Assembly: GCA_963843365.1 (NCBI GenBank)
Contig: CAWJKG010000006.1
Span: forward strand, 245,964-309,963
Origin: an uncultured Acidimicrobiaceae bacterium
GTDB lineage: Bacteria > Actinomycetota > Acidimicrobiia > Acidimicrobiales > RAAP-2
DNA length: 64,000 bases
Reading direction: 5' to 3'
In this document: positions 55,595 to 64,000 of the stretch, piece after piece
Numbering within the stretch: position 1 is the stretch's first letter
How the letters are laid out: every line of letters starts with the position of its first letter
The notes under the pieces: model-generated
What the model was told of the DNA's origin: nothing
Seen by the model: only the letters and a program-made list of their open reading frames with translations
Databases searched by the model: none
Position numbers and translations under genes: made by a program

Positions 55595-55606
55595 TTTAGT
55601 GCTAAA
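55595..55606. promoter_or_regulatory. AT-rich palindrome TTTAG-TG-CTAAA in the divergent promoter of the fatty-acid-modification cluster
   Basis: Context GCTAGTTTAGTGCTAAATTCTCTC. This is the only AT-rich patch in the 79-nt gap between 55551 (-) and 55631 (+). Confidence 0.35.
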
Positions 55607-55630
55607 TTCTCTCTTCGAAGGAGCACCATC

Positions 55631-56899
55631 TTGCGCATCGGCATCATCGGCAGCGGCATCGCCGGCATGACCGCAACTCACCTGCTCCAGGAGCGCCACG
55701 AGGTCCACGTCTTCGAGGCCGACGACCGGCCAGGAGGCCACGCCAACACGGTGACGGTCGATCTCCCGGGAGGGCCCGTCGCCGCTGACACGGGCTTCCT
55801 GGTGTACAACGAGCGGACCTATCCCCTCTTCACCCGGTTGCTGGCCGACCTGGGAGTGGCGACGCACCCGAGCGAGATGAGCTTCAGCCTCACCGACCTC
55901 CGCTGCGGACTCGAATGGCGCGGCACGTCGCTCTCGACCATCTTCGCCCAACGCCGCAACGCCCTCCGGCCTGCCTTCCTCGCCATGCTGGCCGACGTGG
56001 TGCGGTTCAATCGGTTGTCCCGCGCCCTTCTCAACCGGGCCGGAGCCGAGACCGGCGCCGGAGCAGGGACCCTGGCCGACCTCCTGGCCGCCCACCGCTG
56101 GTCGACGCGGCTTCCTCGACTGGTACCTGATTCCGCTGGGGTCGGCCATTTGGTCGGCGGACCCCGAGACCTTCACGCAGATCCCGGCTCGAACGTTCGT
56201 CGAGTTCTTCAGCCGCCACGGTCTGCTGGGCCCGGGCGACCAGCCGGCCTGGCGCACGGTGACCGGCGGGTCGACCCGCTACGTGGAGACCATCCTCGAG
56301 CCGCGTGCGCCGACAAGGCCGCCTGCACCTGCGCAACGCGGTCACCAAGGTGCGTCGCCACGAACGGCGGCGTCGAGCTCCTGACCCCGCAGCGGCCCGG
56401 CGACCTTCGACCACGTGGTCATCGCCACCCACAGCGACCAGGCCCTGGCCCTGCTGGGCGACCCGACCGACCGAGGAACGCCGCGTCCTCGGCGCCATCC
56501 GCTATCAGCCGAACCGGGCCACCCTGCACACCGACACCGCGTTGCTCCCCACCAACCGCCGGGCCTGGGCGTCGTGGAACTACGTGCGCCCGACCGGGCC
56601 GACCGACCGGGCGACGCTCACCTACTACCTGAACCCGTTGCAGGGCTTGGAGGCGGCGCGGCCGGTCCTGGTGACGCTCAACCGCGACGAGCGCCATCGA
56701 TCCCGACCAGGTCGTGGCGCGGTTCGACTACGCCCACCCCGTCATCGACCGGGCCGCCGTGGCCGCCCAGGCCAGCCAACGCGAGTCCCTGAGCGCGGGG
56801 CCCGTGTCCTTCTGCGGCGCCTACTGGGGGTACGGGTTCCACGAGGACGGCGTGCGGAGCGCACTCGCCGTCTGCGAGCGGTTCGGGGCGACGCCTGTG
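55631..56899 (+). pseudogene. FAD/NAD-binding amine-oxidase-like oxidoreductase (UfaD-like) broken by at least 6 frameshifts
   Basis: TTG start after AAGGAG. The fragments read MRIGIIGSGIAGMTATHLL...FEADDRPGGHANT...AAHRWS; GFLDWYLIPLGSAIWSADPETF...TGGSTRYVETILEP; GRLHLRNAVTKVRRHE; GGVELLTP; TFDHVVIATHSDQALALLGDPTD; EERRVLGAIRYQPN...AWASWNY...LVTLNRDE; IDPDQVVARFDYAHPV...GAYWGYGFHEDG. The frame goes 2,0,1,2,0,1,2, with shifts near 56105, 56303, 56364, 56398, 56470 and 56694. There is no in-frame stop before the next gene. Confidence 0.7.
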
Positions 56900-57785
56900 A
56901 CGACACGCACCGCGGCTCGGCTGCGCAGCGCGCTCTACGAGGGCACCGTGACGCACCGGCGGGCCGAGCCGGCCCATCGGTTCGATTCCCCGGTGGCGCT
57001 CCCGTTGCTCTTCCTCGACGAGCTGGCCGCGCTGCGGACGGTGCACCCCCTGGTCGACCTCGATCCGACCCCGCATCGCCACCTGCGTCCGACCGCCATC
57101 CGGCTTCCGCCGCGACGACTACCTGCCCTCGGAGGCGGTCACGGTGCAGGCCGCCGTCGAGGACGCCGTGGCCCGTGCCGGCGGATCCGTGCGCGGACCG
57201 GTGGCGATGCTGGGCCACGTCCGTACCTGGGGATGGCTCTTCAACCCGCTGACCCTCTATTACTGCTTCGACCCCACCGGCCGGGAGGTGGAGTGGACGG
57301 TGCTCGAGGTCTCCAACACCCCCTGGCACGAGCGCTGCTCCTACGTCGTCGGGCCGCCGGGACAGCACCACTTCGCCAAGGCCATGCACGTCTCGCCCTT
57401 CCTGCCGCCACGAGGCCGAGCTACACCCTGCGCTACTCCGCGCCAGAGGAGGAGATCCGGGTCAGCCTCGACGTCGCCGCGCCGCCGCCTACTGCCCCGC
57501 ATGGTCGGTCGCACGAGCCGAGCCCCGACAGGACGACGCCCCGGTTGGCCGCAGCCATGGTGCTGCGACGCCGGCCGCTCGATCGCGCCGGCCTGGGACA
57601 CCTGCTCTGGGGATACCCGCTTCATGACGGCGCGGGTCTCGGGCGGCATTTACGTCCAGGCACTGCGACTGATCGCCCGCGGCGCCCCGATCCACCGGCA
57701 TCCCGGTCCGGTCGAGCCGGCGGGTCTGCCCGTTGGCGGTGCGACGGCCCGGCGCGACCATGAGGTGTGCGGATGCCCTCGTTGA
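56897..57785 (+). pseudogene. DUF1365-family protein (UfaO-like) broken by 3 frameshifts
   Basis: The fragments read SALYEGTVTHRRAEPAHRFDSPVALPLLFLDELAAL; FRRDDYLPS...MLGHVRTWGWLFNPLTLYYCFD...LEVSNTPWHERCSYVV...HVSPFLP; YTLRYSAPEEEIRVSLDV...MVLRRRPLDRAGL..LLWGYPL; MTARVSGGIYVQALRLIARGAPIHRHP. Shifts are near 57100, 57415 and 57620. Confidence 0.65.
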
Positions 57786-58988
57786 GCGGACGTCTCGTCC
57801 TCGGCCTGGCCCAGCGCTCCTCGATCCGGAGCCGAGGAACGCTGCGTGTCGAGGGCGGCGGCCTGCCGCCCGGGGCGCGGGCCCGGGTGAGCGGGACGGG
57901 CGATCCGGACGCCACCATTGTGGTGCACGACGAAAGGACCTGGCCCGCCCTCCTGCGCCGCGGCTCGCGCGGCCTGGCGGAGAGCTATGTCGCCGGTTGG
58001 TGGGACACCGACGACCTCACCGCCGTCGTGCGCATCGCCTTCCGCCGCACCACCGGCCTTCGGCACCTCCTCGACGCGTCGGCGCGCCATTCGGGTGGCC
58101 TGGTGGCGGCGGCGCAGCGCCTCCGGCCGCCGAGCAAGCGTCGACGACCGGCGAGAACATCGCCGCCCACTACGACCTCTCCAACGATTTCTTCGCATTG
58201 ATGCTGGACCCGACGATGGCGTACTCCTGCGGGTTCTTCGCCGACGACGGCACCAGCCTCGAAGCGGCCCAGACGGCCAAGTTCGAGATGATCGCCGCCA
58301 AGCTGCAGCTCGGCCCCGAAGACCATGTGATCGAGATCGGCACCGGCTGGGGCGGATTCGCCATCCATGCCGCCGCACGGCACGGCTGCCGCGTGACCAC
58401 GACGACGATCTCCGAGGCCCAGCGGGCCCTGGCAGAGAAGCGCGTGGCCGAGCACGGCCTGTCCGACCGGGTGACGGTGCTCGGCGAGGACTACCGCGAC
58501 CTGCGGGGCCGCTACGACGCACTGGTGTCCATAGAGATGATCGAGGCGGTCGACTGGCGGCGACACGACCAGTTCTTCGCCACCTGTGCCCGGCTGCTCA
58601 CCGACCAGGGCCGGATGGCCCTGCAGGCGATCACGATCGAGGACGCCAGCTACGAACGAGCGAAGCTGCACGACGACTTCATCCGCGCCATGGTCTTCCC
58701 GGGAGGGTGCCTGCCGTCGGTCAGCTCCATCGCCAGCGTCGGTGGCGCGCACATCGAACCTGCGGATCGTCGACCTGGAGGACATCGGCCCCCACTACGC
58801 CGAGACGCTCCGGCGCTGGCGGCGCCAACCTGGAAGGCCAGCGCACGGCGGTCGAGGCCCTCGGCTTCGACGAGCGCTTCTGGCGCTTCTGGACGCTGTA
58901 CCTCTGCTACTGCGAAGCGGCGTTCATGGAGCGCCACGTGTCCGACGTCCAACTGGTCCTGGCCCGACCCGGGGCCCGCGCCGGCTGA
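57773..58988 (+). pseudogene. cyclopropane-fatty-acyl-phospholipid synthase-family SAM methyltransferase (CFA/UfaM-like) broken by 3 frameshifts
   Basis: The fragments read MPSLSGRLVLGLA...GLAESYVAGWWDTDDL; NIAAHYDLSNDFFALMLDPTMAYSCGFF...VIEIGTGWGGFAIHAA...SIEMIEAV...FPGGCLPSVSSIAS; VARTSNLRIVDLEDIGPHYAETLRRWR; ANLEGQRTAVEALGFDERFWRFWTLYLCYCEAAFMERHVSDVQLVLARP. Shifts are near 58135, 58738 and 58818. Confidence 0.7.
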
Positions 58989-59032
58989 TTCGGCGGGGTC
59001 CCCGGCGAGCTCGCGCAGCAGAGCCCGACGCT

Positions 59033-59910
59033 TCAGCGCGCGGCGCGATCCAGTTCCTCGACCGCCCGGCCCAGGCTGCGCGCATCACGGCCGCTCCACT
59101 GCGCACCGAGCCGGGCGGCGTGCTCCCCGTCGGCGATTCCGGCGCCGCCGACGAGGACCGGCAGGCCCGGCCTGGCCTCCTGGACGGCGCGCACGATCGC
59201 CCGGACCGAGCGGTCGTGGTTCCCCGCGGTGACACCGACGGCCACCGCCAGCGCCCGCGGTGTCTTGGAGACGGTGCTGCCGAACGCGTCCGCCGGGACA
59301 TCCGCGCCGAGGTCGACGACCTCGAAGCCGTCGCCGCGCAGGACGTTGGCCGCCATGGCGGTGGTGAGGCCGTGCATCTCGTTGCGGCGGCGTGCCGAGG
59401 ATCACGCTGGCGCGCTTGGGCCCCCTCGTGGTGAAGCGCGCGCCGAGGCGGGCCACGAGGCGCGACGCCACCCCGGAAGCCCGGTGCTCGTCGTCCACCG
59501 TGTACTCACCGGCCTCCCAGCCCGCACCGACGGATCGCATCGCCTGACCCAGACCGTCCAAGAGGACATCGTCCGGGTCGCTCCCCGACCCGAGCCTGCC
59601 CTCCACGATCGCCCAGGCACCCGGCTCGTCCCCGGCGACGAGCCGGTCCTCCAGCCGGCGCACCGCGGCCTCCCGCGACACCCTCCGGGTCGCCGTCCGG
59701 GTGCGCCCCGCCACGCCCGTCCCGACACGGGCCATGTCGAGGTCGCCGGGGTCGACCCACCACTGGGCGCCGATCCGCGTCGCCGGCAGGCGGCCCGTCC
59801 GCACGTACCGGTAGGCCGTCATGTAGTGCACGCCCAGCCGGTCTGCCGCCTCCTGCAATCCGATGAGTCCGGACAGCGGCGTGCTCGGAGAGAGTCGGGG
59901 TGCCGGCCAT
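59033..59910 (-). pseudogene. CarH/LitR-like regulator (excisionase/MerR-superfamily HTH + B12-binding domain) broken by 2 frameshifts
   Basis: The fragments read ATG 59910 MAGTPTLSEH; LIGLQEAADRLGVHYMTAYRYVRTGRLPATRIG...GAGWEAGEYTVDDEHRASG (Wx9EH)...RASVILGTPP; NEMHGLTTAMAANVLRGDGFEVVDLG...PVLVGGAG. Shifts are near 59880 and 59390. Confidence 0.65.
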
Positions 59911-59944
59911 TTACTGGTAAATCGTAGTGGGGCCGGGCCGGCGG

Positions 59945-61922
59945 CTACTCCTTGTCCTGTCGCTCCGTCCGCCATGTGGTCCTTGATGGAGTTGACGACG
60001 GTGGGATCGAGCAGCGTGGTCACGTCCCCGAGCGGCCGGTCGTCGGCGACGTCGCGGAGGAGCCGCCGCATGATCTTGCCGCTGCGGGTCTTGGGCAGTT
60101 CGGGCGTCAGCAGGATCTGCCGCGGCTTGGCGATCGGGCCGATCTCGCGGGCCACGTGGTCACGGAGCTCGGCCACCAGCTTCTCCCCCTCCGCACCGTC
60201 GACGTCGCTCGCCCCCTTCACGGTGACGAAGGCGACGATGCCCTGACCCGTGGTGTCGTCGGTGGCGCCCACCACCGCCGCTTCCGCCACGGCGGGGTGC
60301 CCCACCAGCGCGTGCTCGACTTCGGTCGTGGAGATGCGGTGCCCCGAGATGTTCATGACGTCGTCCACCCGACCAAGGAGCCACAGGTCCCCGTCCTCGT
60401 CCCGCTTGGCACCGTCGCCGGCGAAGTAGCGGCCGGGGAAGCGGGCCCAGTACGTCTCGTTGAAGCGCTCGTCGTCCCCGTAGATGCCCCGCGTCATGCC
60501 GGGCCAGGGCTCGGTGATGACGAGGTACCCGCCGGCGTCGTTGCCGACCGAGTTGCCCTCGTCGTCGATCACGTCCGCGGCCACGCCCGGGAACGGCGTC
60601 ATGGCCGCCCCCGGCTTGGTCGCCGTGATGCCCGGCAGCGGCGAGATGAGGATGCCGCCCGTCTCGGTCTGCCACCAGGTGTCGACGATGGGGCAGCGGT
60701 CCCCGCCGATGTGGGTGCGGTACCAGATCCAGGCCTCGGGGTTGATGGGCTCGCCCACCGACCCCAGCAGGCGGAGGCTGCTCAGGTCATGGGCGGCCGG
60801 GAACTCCTCGCCCCATTTCATGAAGGTCCGGATGGTGGTCGGCGCCGTGTAGAGGGTGTTGACCCTGTACTTCTCGACGATCTGCCACCAGCGGTCGCGC
60901 GCCGGGGTGTCGGGCGTCCCCTCGTACATGACCGAGGTGGTGCCGTTGGCCAGGGGCCCGTAGACGATGTAGCTGTGCCCGGTCACCCAGCCGATGTCGG
61001 CCGCGGTCCAGAAGACGTCGGTCTCGGGCTTGAGGTCGAAGATCAAGCGGTGGGTGGCCGACACGTGGGTCAGGTACCCGCCGCTGGTGTGCAGGATGCC
61101 TTTCGGCTTCGCCGTCGTCCCGCTGGTGTACATGATGTAGAGCGGGTGCTCGGCGTCGAACGCCTGCGCGGCGTGGGTCTCGCTCTGGCGCGGCACCAGG
61201 TCGTCCCACCAGACGTCACGCGCGTCGTCCCAGGCCACCTCCTGGCCCGTGCGCCGCACCACCAGGACACGCTCGACCTGCGGACACTCCGCCACCGCCT
61301 CGTCCACAGCCGGCTTCAGCGCGCTGGCGGCCCCGCGGCGGTAGCCGCCGTCGGCCGTGATGACGAAGTGGGCGTCGCAGTCGAGGATGCGGCCGCGCAG
61401 TGCATCGGAAGAGAAGCCGCCGAAGACGACCGTGTGCGGCGCGCCCAGCCGGGCGCAGGCCAGCATGGCGACGACCGTCTCGGGGATCATCGGCATGTAG
61501 ATCGCCACCTTGTCCCCGGCCCGCACACCGAGCTCCGTCAGCCCGTTGGCCGCCTGGCTCACCATCCTCAGCAGATCGGCGTAGGTGATGGTCCGGGTGT
61601 CCCCGGGCTCGCCCTCCCAGTGGAAGGCGACCCGGGGACCCAGGCCGGCGGCGACGTGGCGGTCGACGCAATTGACCGCCACGTTGAGGGTGCCACCGAC
61701 GAACCACTTGGCGAAAGGCAGGTCCCACTCGAGCACGTCCGTCCAGGGCGTCTCCCACTGCAGACGCCTGGCCTGCGCGGCCCAGAAGGCGAGCGGGTCG
61801 CCCTCCGCCTCCGCGTAGATGCCGGGCTGGGCGTTGGCCTCCTTGGCGAATTCCTCCGGAGGGGCGAACGTCCTCTTCTCGTGGAGCAGGGCCGACAGCC
61901 CCTCCTCTCGGGTCTCGCTCAT
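59945..61922 (-). CDS. acs: acetyl-CoA synthetase
   Basis: Motifs: WFVGGTLNVAVNCVDRH, YTSGTTAKPKG, WWQTETGG, GRVDDVMNISGHRIST, PKTRSGKIMRR. The body is intact. In its own frame there is no stop until 59085. A stop (TAG 59945-59947) appears only after a +1 shift in the last ~15 codons, so the 3' end is tentative. Confidence 0.85.
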
Positions 61923-61975
61923 TGCAGCCTCCTTTCGGGACCGTCCGGCTGGGACGCCCCGCCCCTGATCATTAC

Positions 61976-62668
61976 CTACGCCGCGGACTGCAGGTTCAAC
62001 GGCGCACCGATGGGGAGGACCTTACGCGAGGCCATCCCGTTGATGACTCCGGCCGCCGAGGCGTACCACGCGGCGGCCGCGGTGACGACGCCGGCAATCC
62101 CTCCGGCCTTCACGATGTCGACGTGGCTCGAGAAGTTCCCGATGGCTAGGAGGATGAAGGTGACCTCGAGGGTCAGGAACACGACGAACACGGCACGACT
62201 CACGAACATGCTCCACAGCAGCATGTAGGTGTTGAAGATCACGAAGGCCACTGCGATCCATCCGAGGTCGTTGTTCAGTTCCAACGTCGTCGGCTTGAAC
62301 TGCGGAATTACGAGCAGGAAATAGACGGCGACGCCGATCCAGAAGGCACCGTACGTCGAGAAGGCGGTGGCGCCGAAGACGTTCCGGTTCTTGAACTCCC
62401 ACATGCCGGCCAACAGCTGGGCGATGCCGCCGTAGGCGAGCGCAAAGCCGAGGAAGGCGAAGGTGCCCCTGGTCCATCCCGCGTTGAACGCCGACAACAA
62501 GAACGTCGTGAGCGCGAACGCGGCCAGACCGAGAGGAGCCGGATCGGCGGCCCCCGGCGTCTCCTTGATCGCTACGTCCTGCAGCGCCATCACCGACTGC
62601 TGCGAGCCATTGTGCACTCCCGGTTGCCCGGCAGTGCCCTGCGTCGCCGTGTCGTCCTTGATTGCCAT
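61976..62668 (-). CDS. GPR1/FUN34/YaaH-family acetate (succinate-acetate) channel
   Basis: Motifs: NPAPLGLAAFALTTFLLS, FGATAFSTYGAFW. Six TM segments. It sits directly upstream of acs. Confidence 0.8.
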   Translation of the reverse strand: MAIKDDTATQGTAGQPGVHNGSQQSVMALQDVAIKETPGAADPAPLGLAAFALTTFLLSAFNAGWTRGTFAFLGFALAYGGIAQLLAGMWEFKNRNVFGATAFSTYGAFWIGVAVYFLLVIPQFKPTTLELNNDLGWIAVAFVIFNTYMLLWSMFVSRAVFVVFLTLEVTFILLAIGNFSSHVDIVKAGGIAGVVTAAAAWYASAAGVINGMASRKVLPIGAPLNLQSAA

Positions 62669-62810
62669 GACGTCAGCCCTCCCTTACTCAGGCGTGGAGA
62701 GCTTCGGCCTCCACGCGATCGGTGGTGGCACAGGTAGCTACGGGACGAGGGGATCCGAAAGGATCACGAACTCCCGCGTCGAGTGTCAATCTGTTTCTTC
62801 CCAGGACGGG

Positions 62811-62846
62811 CGAAACAAAACCCTTGTGCGACCGCCTCTGTTGCAC
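62811..62846 (-). terminator. possible intrinsic terminator after the DUF985 cupin gene
   Basis: On the minus strand: GUGCAAC-AGAGGCG-GUCGCAC (6 of 7 bp), followed by AAGGGUUUUGUUUCG. Confidence 0.3.
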
Positions 62847-62857
62847 GGTGCTTGCGA

Positions 62858-63259
62858 TCAGCGCAGCTCGAAGCCCTCGAAGGTGAACGCCGGGGTCACC
62901 GTCGCCCCGACCAACGCGTAGCGGCCGAGCGGGCGGGCCGACTGCCAGACACCGGGATCGACGACCACCTGCGGCGAGTGCCCGGCCTGCACGTCGGGGC
63001 CGAGGACTTGCGCGTCGCGCCGCCCGTCGGGCCATTCGCGACTGAGCTCGAGAGGGTCCCCGTCGTAGAAGTGCCACAACTCGGTCGCGTCCACCCGGTG
63101 CGGTGCGGAGACCTCGCCGCGCAGGAGCAGGTAGTAGATGGCGCTGCCGGCCGGGCGCTCCCCCTCTGGTGCCTCGGCGACCCAGGTCCGGCGGTACCAA
63201 CCACCCTCGGGATGCGGTGCGAGATGCAGCGCGGCGATGAGGGACTCACCGGGACGCAT
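62858..63259 (-). CDS. cupin (DUF985 / cupin_5) protein
   Basis: Motifs: LHLAPHPEGGWYRRTW, IYYLL, WHFYDGDPLEL, GATVTPAFTFEGFEL. Confidence 0.75.
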   Translation of the reverse strand: MRPGESLIAALHLAPHPEGGWYRRTWVAEAPEGERPAGSAIYYLLLRGEVSAPHRVDATELWHFYDGDPLELSREWPDGRRDAQVLGPDVQAGHSPQVVVDPGVWQSARPLGRYALVGATVTPAFTFEGFELR

Positions 63260-63277
63260 CAGGCAGTCCGCCCCCGG

Positions 63278-64000
63278 TCAGTCCGACGTGACACCCATTG
63301 CAGCGGCCACCGCCAGGGAGTGCACGGCGGCGCTCCCGAAGAGCGCTCCGTCGGCGGCGGCCCGCTTCACGTACAGATGTGCGTCGTGCTCCCATGTGAA
63401 ACCGATGCCCCCGAAAGACTGGATCGACTCGCCCCCGACCAACCTCTGGCAGTCGTCGCTGGCAGCCTTCGCCATGGCGACCGCAGTCGCCCGGTCCGGG
63501 GTGTCCTCGTTGATGGAGGCGACGGCGAAGTAGCAGAGTGCGCGCGCCCGCTCGATGGCGAGGAACATGTTGCTCATCTTGTGTTTCAACGCCTGGAAGG
63601 AGCCGATGGCGACGCCGAATTGCTTGCGCTCCTTCAGGTAGGCCAGCAGCAGCTGGAAGAGCGCGTCGCAGGTGCCCACCGCCTCGAGCGCCACGCCGAC
63701 CGTCGCTTCCTGCAGGGCGCGGGAGATGGCGAGCGCGGACGCGGTGCTGCCGGGCTCGCCAAGGGCATTCTCCTCCGGGACGCGCACCTGCTGCAGGGTG
63801 ACCTCGACCAGCGGGCGGCTGGCGTCGAGCGAGAGCACAGGCGTCAGTACGGCGTCGACGGCCGGAACGACGAACGCACCCGGGCCGCCGCCGGCCCGGG
63901 CCACGACGACGAGGTCCGTCGTGCCCTCGGCGGCCATGACGGCAACCTTCCTTCCGTTGAGGATCCAGTCGCCATCGCCCGGCTCGGCCGTGGTGGTCAC
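63278..64000 (-). CDS. acyl-CoA dehydrogenase, C-terminal part (the 5' end lies outside the window)
   Basis: Motifs: DWILNGRKV, RKQFGVAIGSFQALKHKMSNM, IQSFGGIGFTWEHDAHLYVKRA. The frame is open to the window edge. Confidence 0.8.
   Translation of the reverse strand: MTTTAEPGDGDWILNGRKVAVMAAEGTTDLVVVARAGGGPGAFVVPAVDAVLTPVLSLDASRPLVEVTLQQVRVPEENALGEPGSTASALAISRALQEATVGVALEAVGTCDALFQLLLAYLKERKQFGVAIGSFQALKHKMSNMFLAIERARALCYFAVASINEDTPDRATAVAMAKAASDDCQRLVGGESIQSFGGIGFTWEHDAHLYVKRAAADGALFGSAAVHSLAVAAAMGVTSD

Noticed and set aside
59085-61922. A genuine 945-aa Acs-HTH-B12 fusion protein.
   Set aside because: This is a tentative rejection. A linker of about 45 aa with no homology, an ATG (59910) and a TAG (59945) in neighbouring frames, and a further frameshift inside the B12 domain all fit two separate genes blurred by indels.

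Overview
This is a 64-kb, high-GC (about 65-70% by hand counts), very gene-dense segment with actinobacterial character. Supporting signs are many ATGA/TGATG start-stop overlaps, a DUF222-HNH gene, a DUF385/F420-type enzyme and secreted proteins built from GYWLVASDGG repeats. An Acidimicrobiia-like source is only my guess. I count about 60 protein genes and saw no rRNA, tRNA or CRISPR array.

The content is mostly acyl-CoA, lipid and small-acid metabolism: thiolases and SCPx/DUF35 modules, enoyl-CoA hydratases, acyl-CoA dehydrogenases, a fused CoA-transferase, a FadD-like ligase, thioesterases, SDRs, an aldehyde dehydrogenase, and Acs with an acetate channel. There is also a Liv-type ABC importer.

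Points worth a second look:
1. An XRE regulator, a ClpP paralogue lacking all three catalytic residues and a CMD-family gene form an operon. It lies divergent from an intact clpP, with an AT-rich palindrome between them.
2. A 14-bp palindrome TGAC-N6-GTCA (ideal TGACACCGGTGTCA) recurs in five promoter regions, one of them next to a TetR gene.
3. The stretch from about 52.9 to 59.95 kb needs about 22 single-nucleotide frame hops to read eight consecutive genes; the rest of the window needs 2. The affected genes form a furan/cyclopropane-fatty-acid-type cluster plus a CarH/LitR-like B12 photoreceptor regulator with a Wx9EH motif.
4. Two paralogous secreted multi-propeller proteins share Cys-pair repeats and a six-blade GYWLVASDGGIF propeller.
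5. A promoter-to-terminator unit of about 210 nt carries either a 48-codon sORF or an sRNA.

Nothing here looks like a recognisable defence island. All family calls come from reading motifs in the translations, with no database search. Frameshift positions are accurate to about 10 nt.
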